From assembly GCA_965277805.1 (NCBI GenBank), contig OZ255842.1:4480001-4544000 (forward strand): DNA of 64,000 nucleotides, read 5' to 3'. This DNA comes from Candidatus Lustribacter sp. (lineage in GTDB: Bacteria > Vulcanimicrobiota > Vulcanimicrobiia > Vulcanimicrobiales > Vulcanimicrobiaceae). Every line of letters starts with the position of its first letter. Position 1 is the first letter of the stretch. Of the stretch, positions 10,205-19,889 are shown one piece after another. The translations under genes were made by a program, and so were the position numbers. The notes beneath the pieces were generated by a model. It did not search any database and was not told the DNA's origin. It was given only the letters and a program-made list of their open reading frames with translations.

Positions 10205-10359
10205 GACAGTAGGCTGACAGAACGACAATATTATGTCAACATGGCCGACGCCGGCCTCGCCGGCAATCGCCCTAATCTCGCCTACACTTCAACCGGGCGG
10301 ATGATCGGCCGGCGCGTAAGTCACAACGACGAATGTCACCAATGCGGGAAAGAGTGCGT

Positions 10360-10656
10360 ATGGATATTTCCAATTCATCCGCTTTCGCGCCGAACGAAAG
10401 TAAGCTCGAAGAACGCGTACGCGAAGTCCTGGCCGACGACGACTCCGCCGGCGAGCCGCTGTCGGAAGAGGCGCTCGTCGACGCCGACGCCATCGGGACC
10501 GCGCTGAGCGATCGAGCTAATATGCAGAACGACGCGCAGTCCACGGGGGACGACGTGCTGGCCGATCCGCACGTTCCCGAGGTGGACCCGCCGGGTGACG
10601 AGCTCGGCGGCGGCCTCGGCAATGCAGTCGGCGGCGAACCGGCGACAGACGGCTAG
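10360..10656 (+). CDS. Small very acidic, probably disordered hypothetical protein
   Basis: 98-aa ORF rich in D/E/G with GC-typical codon usage; no recognised domain. Confidence 0.6.
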   Translation: MDISNSSAFAPNESKLEERVREVLADDDSAGEPLSEEALVDADAIGTALSDRANMQNDAQSTGDDVLADPHVPEVDPPGDELGGGLGNAVGGEPATDG

Positions 10657-11261
10657 CCGCCGACAGAGCAATGCTGATTGGAAAACGCCAGTGCGGAGGC
10701 GATCGACGCTGCGGTAACCCGCTTTCGGCCATAACGGAGCGCCCGCCATTGGCCGTGCTTCCGCGACCTCAGGCTCCGCCTGCGTCGCGCCACGAAACAC
10801 CGTTGTATCAGAAGTTGGTTATCGCAACTAAGAGACGACTGCATCATCGCGGCAAACGCTGGTCACATACCCGCAGCCCGTCGTGCTATTCGGGCTCGGC
10901 AGCAACAACGAACTGATTTTAGCCCCAACCTTTCATACGCTCGTCGTTCGGGAAATGCTAACGCGGGCTTATCACAGGCGTTTCAGCTGACCTACAGCAT
11001 TGCATATTTTGCTACGGCTAAGCTTGGAATTACATCGGTAAGCACGTTGCTCAACTCATCAGGTGCAGTCCCATCTGGCGTCATCGGTCGCTACGCGGAT
11101 TCAGGAACGGAATCTCGCAACACACTACGTTCGAATTCGGATTATCGGTTCAATTGTGACCGTGGAGTCACACCCATTTGAGAGGCCAGTTGCCGAACGC
11201 GATCTAAGGAACGGTCGTACGATCATCCGAGTTGACGACAACAGTCGAGGAGGTCTGTAAG

Positions 11262-11918
11262 TTGAGATTTCACCTGACAGTCACCTTATGGGCCGGATTT
11301 GTGGCGGCCGGCGCATTCGGCTCCAGCGCGAACCCGGCGCGCGCAGCGGATCTGCTTAGTGAATGGCCGTCAATTCAGATGCCGCCGGCGCCCGCACTGA
11401 AAGCGGTCACCGTCGATCCCAAGACGACTGCACTCCTCTTGTTCGACTTCATGATCGACAACTGCGGGCAGCGTCCGCGCTGCGTTGCTGCGGTTCCCAC
11501 GCTTAAGGCCATCCATGACCGAGCGCGCGCCGCCGGGATGATGGTCGTCTATACACTGCCCAGCGGGGGCAAAATCATCGACCCGGCCATCGCTCCGCGC
11601 GAGGGTGAGGTCTTAAATCAAACGCCGGGCGGACCCGACAAGTTTCTTGGTGACGATCTCGACCAACGACTCAAGGCTCGCGCCATCAAGACGGTGATCC
11701 TCTGCGGGACTTCCGCGCAGGGAGTCGGCCTCGGCACCGGCGCGAGCGCGGTTCAGCGCGGTTATACCGTAATCTATCCGATCGATTGTTTGCCGTCGGA
11801 AAGCGCTTTCCGCGAGGCTTACGCGGCCTGGCACATGGCCGGCGGCGGGCCGCCGGTGACAACCAAAAATGTTACCGTGACCCGCGCCGCTATGATCACG
11901 CTTGCGGGCGCAAACTGA
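11262..11918 (+). CDS. Secreted isochorismatase/cysteine-hydrolase-fold protein with atypical active site
   Basis: GAGGAGG SD before TTG 11262; signal peptide ending ARA; DPKTTALLLFDF, LDQRLKARAIKTVILCG, RGYTVIYPIDC. Confidence 0.78.
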   Translation: MRFHLTVTLWAGFVAAGAFGSSANPARAADLLSEWPSIQMPPAPALKAVTVDPKTTALLLFDFMIDNCGQRPRCVAAVPTLKAIHDRARAAGMMVVYTLPSGGKIIDPAIAPREGEVLNQTPGGPDKFLGDDLDQRLKARAIKTVILCGTSAQGVGLGTGASAVQRGYTVIYPIDCLPSESAFREAYAAWHMAGGGPPVTTKNVTVTRAAMITLAGAN

Positions 11919-12099
11919 CGCGGGCGGATATGGGCTTTACGCCGAGATTGTCGCCGGATTTGAGCGCCTGTGCGAAGACGAGCCACAATGCCACCGACCC
12001 GAGCGCAAAACTGCCGAGAGTAAGAAACGAAAAGCTGTAACCGAGCCGTTCGGCCAGGAAGCCACCCAGCGCGGGGCTGAGGGAGGCGCCCAAGCCCTG
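11896..12099 (-). pseudogene. C-terminal remnant of an MFS transporter
   Basis: QGLGASLSPALGGFLAERLGYSFSFLTLGSFALGSVALWL resembles the last two MFS helices; no N-terminal part present. Confidence 0.6.
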
Positions 12100-12126
12100 C
12101 GATCGTGCTTTCGGGAGGCACGATCG
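12100..12126. terminator. GC-rich hairpin downstream of the ABM monooxygenase gene
   Basis: CGATCGTGC-N9-GCACGATCG inverted repeat; no clear U-tract. Confidence 0.35.
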
Positions 12127-12157
12127 ACATCGACGACGTTCACGTCTACGGGTTGGC

Positions 12158-12472
12158 CTAGGCCGATGCGGCGGCCGGCGTCTTCACGGCAAGGATCTCC
12201 GGCTTCTCGATCGCCGGCGCCGTCACAAACAGTTCCTCGGCCTTCGCGAACAGGGCTTTCGCGACTTCGCCGGATAGGTGCGCTTCGCGCCCTTCCTGAT
12301 TTGGAAACGTATCGAAGATACCGAACTTCGATGAACCCATCTTGAGAGCATACCAGCTCGTCGTCCCGATTTCAGCCTGCACCAGCGGCAGCGCCGATTT
12401 CAGAAACTCCTCGACTTGCCTCTCTTTGCCGGGCCGCGCTTCGAGCAGCGCCAAGACCGCTAATTTATCCAT
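12158..12472 (-). CDS. Antibiotic biosynthesis monooxygenase-like protein (putative quinol monooxygenase)
   Basis: LEARPGKERQVEEFLKSALPLVQAE...FGIFDTFPNQEGREAHLSG. Confidence 0.85.
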   Translation of the reverse strand: MDKLAVLALLEARPGKERQVEEFLKSALPLVQAEIGTTSWYALKMGSSKFGIFDTFPNQEGREAHLSGEVAKALFAKAEELFVTAPAIEKPEILAVKTPAAASA

Positions 12473-12571
12473 GTCGTTCAAATACCCGACCCCCAAGCTT
12501 GGCAATCAGCAGCGGCCAGCGTGTTCTGTTTTCACAAAGGCGGGTCGAGCGGGCCCGTCTGAGTGAGCCCT

Positions 12572-13018
12572 ATGACGCGAGATGAATTGACCCGTAAGAT
12601 CGAGATCCGGAAGCGGACCAAGAAGCTGACCTGGAAGCAGATCGCAACGGCGATCGGCCCCGCATCACCAATTGTGACCACGGCGGCGCTCTTTGGCCAA
12701 ATGCGCCTGGACGACGGTGAAGCCGCAAAGGCGGCGGAGCTGCTCGACCTCAGTGATGAGGAACGAGATTTGCTCACCGAGATTCCCTACCGCGGATCGT
12801 TGCCGGCCGGTCCACCGACCGACCCGTTGATCTATCGCTTCTACGAATTAGTGCAGGTGTACGGAACGACGTGGAAGGCGCTGATCCAAGAGGAGTTCGG
12901 CGACGGGATCATGAGCGCGATCGACTACAACATGCAGATCGAACGTGAACCCAATCCGAACGGCGATCGCGTGAAAATCACCATGTCCGGCAAGTTCCTA
13001 CCATACAAAAAATACTAG
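12572..13018 (+). CDS. cynS: Cyanase (cyanate hydratase)
   Basis: PTDPLIYRFYELVQVYG...EEFGDGIMSAID...DRVKITMSGKFLPY signature. Confidence 0.97.
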   Translation: MTRDELTRKIEIRKRTKKLTWKQIATAIGPASPIVTTAALFGQMRLDDGEAAKAAELLDLSDEERDLLTEIPYRGSLPAGPPTDPLIYRFYELVQVYGTTWKALIQEEFGDGIMSAIDYNMQIEREPNPNGDRVKITMSGKFLPYKKY

Positions 13019-14007
13019 CTTCGTTCGTTATACCATCGTAAGACGCGCAAAGCGCGTAGGGTATTCCATCGACTGGGCTGCCCTTCTCCATCGTCAATGG
13101 GGAAGTGCGTGCGCCCGCGATACTGATGATCGAGACGCCAGCGGCCGTCAGCATCGCACTTGGCCTGAACGAGCGCGACGGCTTCCCTGACTCTCTCGTC
13201 GGGAACGGCTTCGGCTGCGCGGAGATAGTCGAGGCCGCGCAGCACATCGTAATGCCAGTACGCCGGGAACGAGAACCGTTCGAACGTTTCGCCGTCGCCG
13301 GTCTTGCGATCGCGAATCGCTTCGCCGGTCGTGAGGCGTCGAAAGAGTCGCCGCTCGAGCAAATATTCTTGCCCCCGGAGGCGGCTGGAGCGAACGTCGG
13401 GCCGTCCCGTGGCTCGCTCGAAAATCAGCAGACCATCAAGCACCTCGATCGTCGTATGAAATGAGCCTCGGACGGACCCGTTCTCCTGTTCGCAGTTCCA
13501 TCCGCCGTCGCGCATTTGTTCACCGAGTAAACGATCGACGATGTTCGCGACGTCTTCGCCGAAGTACGCGCCATTAGCGACAACTCGACCGTTGATGCAC
13601 GGTTCGACCTCACCCGCGAAGTATGGCTCGCCGGCATGTTCCCAACGGCAGCCCTCGCGGATCAAGCGAACGGCGTTGCGCGCTCGTGAATCGTTGGGAT
13701 CCAGGCCGAACTGCCGTAAGAGCGACAAGCTCCACGTCGTGGACGTCCACTCCGGGAAGAGCGTCCCTTTCTGCTCGGGCGCTAGCGATTGCCACCACGT
13801 ATCCGCCGCAGCAGACGGAAATTCCGGGACGCCTGACTGCCACTGGCCGGCGGCGCTCTGAAGAGCTAAGAGCCGCGCTCCCCAGCCCTCGGCGCCGATG
13901 CGAGACCGTTCGGCCGCGACGTCCTCCGCCGTTGCGTCACTGAGATCGCGCATGACCTGCCAGCGGATCGCCGGGTCTGAATCTAACAGCCACGCCAGAA
14001 CGTCCAT
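13015..14007 (-). CDS. Prenyltransferase/squalene-cyclase-like alpha-alpha barrel protein
   Basis: WLLDSDPAIRWQVMRDL, GEVEPCING, QMRDGGWNCE, SFHTT, YWHYDVLRGLDY, PSRWNTLRALRVLRW. Confidence 0.75.
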   Translation of the reverse strand: MDVLAWLLDSDPAIRWQVMRDLSDATAEDVAAERSRIGAEGWGARLLALQSAAGQWQSGVPEFPSAAADTWWQSLAPEQKGTLFPEWTSTTWSLSLLRQFGLDPNDSRARNAVRLIREGCRWEHAGEPYFAGEVEPCINGRVVANGAYFGEDVANIVDRLLGEQMRDGGWNCEQENGSVRGSFHTTIEVLDGLLIFERATGRPDVRSSRLRGQEYLLERRLFRRLTTGEAIRDRKTGDGETFERFSFPAYWHYDVLRGLDYLRAAEAVPDERVREAVALVQAKCDADGRWRLDHQYRGRTHFPIDDGEGQPSRWNTLRALRVLRWYNERS

Positions 14008-14080
14008 TCGACGCCGTGCTGCTTCATCGATTCCTCGGCTCCTTCCAGCAAACGGCTCCCATAGGAGTGCTGAGCGCCGC

Positions 14081-14911
14081 CTAAGCCGGTACGGTGCTCA
14101 CCGCCTCGTAGGCCTCTGCTTCGTCGCCGAGACCCCGGGTCGCCGGAAGAACGACGTGAGTTCTGGCGTCCTTCGCGAACGCTTGCGCCGCCTCACGGCC
14201 GGCCCAGCGCGTGAAGAGCACTTCGTGCCCGTCGTCGTCGCTGGCGAGAAGAGCACCGCCCTGCAAATCGGCCGCGGTACTGAGCCCCGCGAGTAGCGCC
14301 TTCGCGGACTTCGTAAATGGCGGCATTTCGGCCGGCGGTGCGTGCACGCTGACAACCGCGTACGCAAACGCGGGCTCAACGTCGATCCGCGCCGTCCCGC
14401 TCGCATGCACGACATGCAAGATGTCGAGCGTCCGGTTTTCGGGAATGGCGTGATGCTCGATGTAGGTTTTGTGCGCGTCCCACGCATTCTGCATCTTGTG
14501 GAAGGCGGCATGGCCCGTAACGACGGAAACGGTCAGAACGCGGCGCCGATGAAAGCTCTCGAGTGCAACACCCCACTCGACTCCGTCTGCCACCTCGCGG
14601 TACTCCGTGCGCAGCGCGGTTAGCCAGGCGTCGACGCGGTCCGCACGCACGTGCGCATCGTCGAGACAGAACCAGCGCGCGGGATCGACCTCGAACGTCA
14701 TCACGGGCAGTGGCTGTGCCCGCGCGACTCCGAGCACCGCTTCCTCGCTTGTGGGCAAGCGTTCGACGTCATCCGGATGGACGTGGAGTTCACGGGCTTC
14801 CCCGTGCTTGTCGGGCACACGAACGACGACCGTGCGCGTTTTCACCTCGACGACCACTCCGTCGATATCTTCGGTTTTGAGATGCACGCGATCGGCCGGT
14901 TGAAGCTTCAC
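14081..14911 (-). CDS. Hypothetical protein: SH3/KOW-like N-terminus plus possible dimeric alpha-beta barrel (ABM-like) region
   Basis: 276-aa ORF; N-terminal DRVHLK..DGVVVEVK..VVVRV; C-terminal LASDDDGHEVLFTRWAGREAAQAF. Confidence 0.5.
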   Translation of the reverse strand: MKLQPADRVHLKTEDIDGVVVEVKTRTVVVRVPDKHGEARELHVHPDDVERLPTSEEAVLGVARAQPLPVMTFEVDPARWFCLDDAHVRADRVDAWLTALRTEYREVADGVEWGVALESFHRRRVLTVSVVTGHAAFHKMQNAWDAHKTYIEHHAIPENRTLDILHVVHASGTARIDVEPAFAYAVVSVHAPPAEMPPFTKSAKALLAGLSTAADLQGGALLASDDDGHEVLFTRWAGREAAQAFAKDARTHVVLPATRGLGDEAEAYEAVSTVPA

Positions 14912-15024
14912 GATCGTCCTTCAGAGCCTCGCTAGCGAAATGTTGGGATTTACGCCGTTCGGCGACGGGGAAGCGGCGGCATGCGCGACACCGTGGTAGC
15001 GCGGAACCCATGACCGCGACTTTG

Positions 15025-15053
15025 TTGACTCAACCGTAAGGCGGCGTTACGCT
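15025..15053 (+). promoter_or_regulatory. Putative sigma70 promoter for the oxidoreductase gene
   Basis: TTGACT-17 bp-TACGCT, 37 bp upstream of ATG 15091. Confidence 0.45.
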
Positions 15054-15090
15054 CCGGTGCTCAACTCCAAGCACTGGGGATGGATGGAAC

Positions 15091-16038
15091 ATGATTGCCG
15101 CACTTCCGAAAACGATGAAAGCCGCAGTTCTCGATAGATCCGGACCGCCCGAAGCCTTCTCCATCAAGGACGTCCCCGTACCACGCGTCGGTCACGATCA
15201 CGTCTTGATCGCGCTTCAGTACGCCGGCGTCGGCAGTTGGGATGCGGAGCAGCGGAAAGGCGAGTACGGAGCGGTCAAGCCCGGCACGATTCCGGGCACC
15301 GACGGAACCGGCACGATCGCCGCGGTCGGTGCCAACGTCCAAGGCCTGCAAGTCGGCGACCGCGTCTACTCGTACAGCTACGGCTTGCCGCACGGGTTTT
15401 ACGCCGAATACGTCAACGTGGCTGCCGGTCACGTCGCGCACGTTCCCGTGCAGATCGATCCGCCGGTCGCGGGCGGTATGCCCTGCGTCGCATTAACGGC
15501 ACTGAGCGGACTCGACGCCCTGAAAATAACGCAGAGGCAAACGATCTTGGTTTACGGCGCCAGCGGCGGCGTTGGTTCATTTGGAGTTTGGCTCGGGCAA
15601 CGGCGCGGAGCGACGGTGATCGCGACTGCCCGGCCCGACGCGCACGAGTACGTCCGCCAGCTCGGCGCCGCGCACGCGACCGACCCGCATTCGTCAAACC
15701 TCGAACGCGTCATCAAGCGCGAGGCGCCACAGGGATTCGATGCTACGCTGGTGACCGCCGGCGGCGGCCCGTTGCAAGAATTCCTCTCCTATCTCCAGCC
15801 ACGCGCGCCGTTAGCATATCCAAACGGTGTCGAACCCGCGCCGCACGCTGACGGCCACGATGCGATCGCCTTCGACGGCGAAGCATCGCCCGAAGCCTTC
15901 CGCCGCTTGAACGCGGCGATCGGTTCCGCGACGATTCCGTTGCGCGTCCACGAGTACTTGCTCGAAGACGTCGCCAAGGCGCACCGCCGCATCGAGCAAG
16001 GGCACGTCGTCGGTAAAATCATTCTCCGCATCACCTAG
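15091..16038 (+). CDS. NADPH:quinone oxidoreductase / MDR-family oxidoreductase
   Basis: MKAAVLDRSGPPE, PGTDGTGTIAAVG, GFYAEY, YGASGGVG, GHVVGKIIL. Confidence 0.9.
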   Translation: MIAALPKTMKAAVLDRSGPPEAFSIKDVPVPRVGHDHVLIALQYAGVGSWDAEQRKGEYGAVKPGTIPGTDGTGTIAAVGANVQGLQVGDRVYSYSYGLPHGFYAEYVNVAAGHVAHVPVQIDPPVAGGMPCVALTALSGLDALKITQRQTILVYGASGGVGSFGVWLGQRRGATVIATARPDAHEYVRQLGAAHATDPHSSNLERVIKREAPQGFDATLVTAGGGPLQEFLSYLQPRAPLAYPNGVEPAPHADGHDAIAFDGEASPEAFRRLNAAIGSATIPLRVHEYLLEDVAKAHRRIEQGHVVGKIILRIT

Positions 16039-16141
16039 CACATGCACGACGCGACCGTCCTATCCAGTGGGCGGACTCGGTCTCGTGACGGTTTACCGTT
16101 CGGCGATGCGGTGGCGTACGACCCTCAGCTAGAATTATTTG

Positions 16142-17149
16142 ATGAGGCGAACGACGATGCTCGTGGGCGCAGCGGCGGCAATTGGAGCTGCGAGCGCAGC
16201 ACGGGTTGCGCGCGCTCAGTCCAACCGAACGATCGCAGTTGCCGCGCTGGCTGTGAGCGCAGCTACCTGGCCGACGCTCGCCTGCGAAGAGCTCGGGTTC
16301 TACAAGCACTATAACGTCGAGATCGACAACTCACTGGTCAGCTCGGTGGCCTCGGCCGCGCAGCAGCTCATCGCTGGTGCCTGCGATATGACGGGGCTGT
16401 CCACGACGCAGTATATCGAGACGGCCATCGCTGGTGCGTCCCTCAAGTTCATCTGCAACCAAGTCACGACGCCACCATACTCGCTCATCGCGCAAAAGCA
16501 GTATAAAAAGTACGCCGATCTTCGCGGAACGACCATTATCATCGGCGGCATTAATGATATCACGCACATTTTCATTGACAAAATGATGGCGTCCGGGGGC
16601 GTGAAGCCGGATCAATTCGATCTTGTTTTTGCCGGGGCGACACCAGATCGCTACAGCGCCTTGCGTTCCGGCAGCGTGTCAGCCGCGCTCCTCTTTCCGC
16701 CGTTCGACTTCCGCGCGGTTGACGACGGATACAACAACGTTGGAAGTTTGCCGGACGTCATGCCGCCCTTCCCATTTACAGGATGGACGGTTCGTACCGA
16801 CTTTTTGGCGAAGAACACTGATCTCATGGTCGACTTCACCAAGGCCTATCTGCGAGGAGCGCGCTGGGTCAGCGACCCCGTCAATCGCAACAAGGCGATC
16901 GACATGCTCCTCTCCCGGACCAACGTTTCACGCAGCGATGCGCAGCGGTCGTACGACGAACTCGTCGCAAAGTATCGAATCTTTCCGGCGGACGGGCTCA
17001 CGGCCGATGGACGCATGTCGATCGTCGTCAATGCCCTCGCGGAACTCAAGATCCTCAAGCCACCGCTCCCGCGGCCCGCGTCATTCTACGATAATTCGAT
17101 CGTCAGGCGCGCCAATGCGGAGCTCGCTCGCGAGCCCCGGACGATATGA
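16142..17149 (+). CDS. ABC substrate-binding protein, NMT1/THI5-like, with Tat-type signal
   Basis: MRRTTMLVGAAAA...ARA; ELGFYKHYNVEI; DLRGTTI; RYSALRSGSVSAALL. Confidence 0.82.
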   Translation: MRRTTMLVGAAAAIGAASAARVARAQSNRTIAVAALAVSAATWPTLACEELGFYKHYNVEIDNSLVSSVASAAQQLIAGACDMTGLSTTQYIETAIAGASLKFICNQVTTPPYSLIAQKQYKKYADLRGTTIIIGGINDITHIFIDKMMASGGVKPDQFDLVFAGATPDRYSALRSGSVSAALLFPPFDFRAVDDGYNNVGSLPDVMPPFPFTGWTVRTDFLAKNTDLMVDFTKAYLRGARWVSDPVNRNKAIDMLLSRTNVSRSDAQRSYDELVAKYRIFPADGLTADGRMSIVVNALAELKILKPPLPRPASFYDNSIVRRANAELAREPRTI

Positions 17150-17850
17150 ATGAAGCGTTTGAGAATCATTGCTGGAAGGACGTGGTTCCGCGCGACGTCC
17201 TCGATCTGTACGAGCACTACGTGCGCGACCTCTACGTCGGACCCGCGCCGGCCTTGATCGCGATCGATCTGTACGAGCTTGCCTATCAGGGTGGACCGCG
17301 CCCGATCGCAGAGATCGCGGGCACGTATCCGAGTTCTTGCGGTGAGTACGCCTGGGCTGCAATCAAACCGACTCAACGGCTTTTTACTGCTGCCCGTGCC
17401 GCTGGGATTCCGATCTTTTATTCCACCGGCGAGACGCTTTCGGATAGCAAACCCAACGTCCTGAAGGCGACGAATCGACGGGGCGCGTCGATCGACGCAG
17501 CGTCCCTTGCGATTCGGGCTGAGTTCGCGCCACAGCCGGGCGACACGGTGATTCGCAAGCAGCGCGCAAGCGCGTTCTACGGGACACCGCTCGTTGCGCA
17601 CCTCACGCAACTCGGGGTGCGATCGGTCATCATGGTTGGCGAAAGCACTTCCGGCTGTCTGCGCGCCAGCGCCGTCGATGCCTACTCGAACGGCTATCAC
17701 GTGACGATCGTCGAGGAAGGCTGCTTCGACCGCAGTCTGATCTCGCACAAGATTAACCTTTTCGACCTCCATCACAAATACGCCGATGTGATGTCCGTTG
17801 ACGAGGTCGTGGCGCACCTCGAACGGCGGGGACTGGAAATCGCGAGCTGA
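17146..17850 (+). CDS. Isochorismatase-family amidohydrolase (N-carbamoylsarcosine amidase / maleamate amidohydrolase-like)
   Basis: ALIAID, KQRASAFYGT, GESTSGCLRASAVDA with the catalytic D-K-C triad intact; ATGA overlap with upstream gene. Confidence 0.88.
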   Translation: MNEAFENHCWKDVVPRDVLDLYEHYVRDLYVGPAPALIAIDLYELAYQGGPRPIAEIAGTYPSSCGEYAWAAIKPTQRLFTAARAAGIPIFYSTGETLSDSKPNVLKATNRRGASIDAASLAIRAEFAPQPGDTVIRKQRASAFYGTPLVAHLTQLGVRSVIMVGESTSGCLRASAVDAYSNGYHVTIVEEGCFDRSLISHKINLFDLHHKYADVMSVDEVVAHLERRGLEIAS

Positions 17851-17851
17851 C

Positions 17852-18739
17852 GTGAAGCCCCGTGCTTACGGCCCTTTCCCTTACTCGCCGATCATTCGTC
17901 GACCGAAATTAGAATGGCCGAACGGCGCTCGGGTCGCCCTTTGGGTCATCCCGAACATCGAGTTCTTCGCGCTTGATGACAGCATTTCGGGTAGCCACAG
18001 TCCGGCGCCGGACATCATGGCCTGGTCGGCGCGTGACTACGGAAACCGCGTCGGCGTGTTCCGGCTGATGGAGGTCATGGACCGTTACAACATCCGTGCG
18101 ACCGTCGCGCTCAACAGCAATCTCTGCGCGCAGCATCCGGAGATTATCGAAGAGGGACAAGCGCGCAAGTGGGAGTGGATGGGTCACAACCAAACCAACA
18201 CGCGCCGTCTGAACGCCGTCCCACCCGAAGAGGAGCTCGGGATCATCCAGGGAGCGCTCTCAACCATCGCTGACGCGACGGGGTCGCGCCCGGTCGGTTG
18301 GCTCGGTTCGGGGCTACAGGAGACGTGGAAGACGCTCGACTACCTCGCAGCGGAAGGCGTGGAATACGTTTCGGACTGGGTTAACGACGACCAACCCTAT
18401 CTGATGAGCCTCGATAACGGAAGCAGCATCGTCGCGATGCCGTACAGCCACGAGATCAACGACAAGCCCGCTTACGAAAATCGCAATTACACCGCGGACG
18501 AGTTCTCCGCGATGATCAAGCGGCAATTCGACGTCCTCTACCGTGAAGGTGCCGACTCGGGGCGCGTCATGGCGATCGCCCTCCACCCGTATCTAAGTGG
18601 CGTGCCGCACCGGATTGACGCTCTCGATGCGGCCTTTGAGCACATATGCCGGCACGAGCACGTCTGGCTCGCAACGGGCGCCGAGATCACCCACCACTAC
18701 TTGGAAACGGCGCTCGCCTCAGCTTCGCACCAGACTTAG
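17852..18739 (+). CDS. Polysaccharide deacetylase (CE4) family protein, PuuE/allantoinase-like
   Basis: WPNGARVALWVIPNIE, RDYGNRVGVFR, WEWMGH, DWVNDDQPY, FDVLYREG, IALHPY. Confidence 0.88.
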   Translation: MKPRAYGPFPYSPIIRRPKLEWPNGARVALWVIPNIEFFALDDSISGSHSPAPDIMAWSARDYGNRVGVFRLMEVMDRYNIRATVALNSNLCAQHPEIIEEGQARKWEWMGHNQTNTRRLNAVPPEEELGIIQGALSTIADATGSRPVGWLGSGLQETWKTLDYLAAEGVEYVSDWVNDDQPYLMSLDNGSSIVAMPYSHEINDKPAYENRNYTADEFSAMIKRQFDVLYREGADSGRVMAIALHPYLSGVPHRIDALDAAFEHICRHEHVWLATGAEITHHYLETALASASHQT

Positions 18740-19771
18740 GCCGTTGTCACTAATGGCGTCTTCTGTTCGTATCATGCGCGTCAGCATTCTGCGCGCCTCG
18801 AGCGCCACTTTATCGGCCGAAAAATACGCCAGAGCGGCACCGCGGGGATCATCGTCGATCATGCGCTGCTGGGCTTCGACGATTTCGACGTCCTCTGCGA
18901 ACGCGGTGCGGCTCATATTGAGGTAGATGCTCGAAACCGCGGGATCGTCGAGCCCCCAACACCGAACCGTCGACCAAAAATAATGCGTGGACGTTTCCGT
19001 TTCGGGCGTGAAGAAGTTGTAGAGAATATGAGTCGGCACGTCGAGCCTCGCGACAGTTCCGGGCTCCTTTGCCGCAAGAATCGCGACGGCAAGGATCGGC
19101 GGATGATACTCCATGATTTGCCAGCGGTCGATCTTGCCGTCTCTTCCCAGCGCCGCCTTGAAGATCGGCGACGGGTCGACGTTGCGCATGACGCGTTCGC
19201 CGCGCACCATGCTGTCCTCAACGGTGACCTCAAGCGGCGTTTCGGCCACGCCCGGCCCAGCGAGCGTGGTCTTGTGGACAAACGCCGTATGCGTGAGGTC
19301 CATGATATTGTCAATCAATAGCTTGTAGTCTGCAGCGACATGGATGTAGTCGCGCACCGCGGCCCAGTGCGGCGAATCATTGTGGCTAAGATCGGGAAGC
19401 AATGCTTCATCGGCCCGTTTCGCCTCGCCGAACCAGGCGTAAACAAATCCATGTTTCTCCACAACGGGAAAGGCGCGCGCGCGAAACGCCGGCGGCGGTG
19501 TATCGCCGGCTGGGATCAACGTGCACGCACCGTCACCCGCGAAGCGGAACCCGTGATACCGGCATTCGATCGAGTCACCGATGACCTGGCCGAACGAAAG
19601 TTGAGCCTTGCGGTGTGGACAACGGTCGTTCAGCATCGCCGCACTTCCGTCGGCCCGCCGAAAGATTACAACGGGTTCGTTGCAGATCCGTCGACCTATC
19701 GGCCGGTCACTAAGTTCTTCAGAGGTCGCCACCGCGTACCAGGCGTTGCGAAGAAACGGCGCTTCAGTCAT
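18719..19771 (-). CDS. Rieske non-heme iron oxygenase alpha subunit, VanA/demethylase-like
   Basis: FLRNAWY, DRCPHR...CRYHG Rieske motif, DNIMDLTHTAFVH, FTPETETSTHYFW, FAED. Confidence 0.9.
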   Translation of the reverse strand: MTEAPFLRNAWYAVATSEELSDRPIGRRICNEPVVIFRRADGSAAMLNDRCPHRKAQLSFGQVIGDSIECRYHGFRFAGDGACTLIPAGDTPPPAFRARAFPVVEKHGFVYAWFGEAKRADEALLPDLSHNDSPHWAAVRDYIHVAADYKLLIDNIMDLTHTAFVHKTTLAGPGVAETPLEVTVEDSMVRGERVMRNVDPSPIFKAALGRDGKIDRWQIMEYHPPILAVAILAAKEPGTVARLDVPTHILYNFFTPETETSTHYFWSTVRCWGLDDPAVSSIYLNMSRTAFAEDVEIVEAQQRMIDDDPRGAALAYFSADKVALEARRMLTRMIRTEDAISDNGLSLVRS

Positions 19772-19889
19772 AGGGAACCCTCAGGCGCGCAATGTTAGGG
19801 TGATTTTACGCTCACTCCCGCAATCTGTCCAATACAACGTTTGAGGCTCGAGAGTTCCTTGGATGGAGAAGCCGGCATGGCGAAGCTCG

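Noticed and set aside
10660-11230. Long intergenic region as a riboswitch or ncRNA
   Set aside because: No recognisable riboswitch consensus or strong structure by eye; a covariance-model search would be needed
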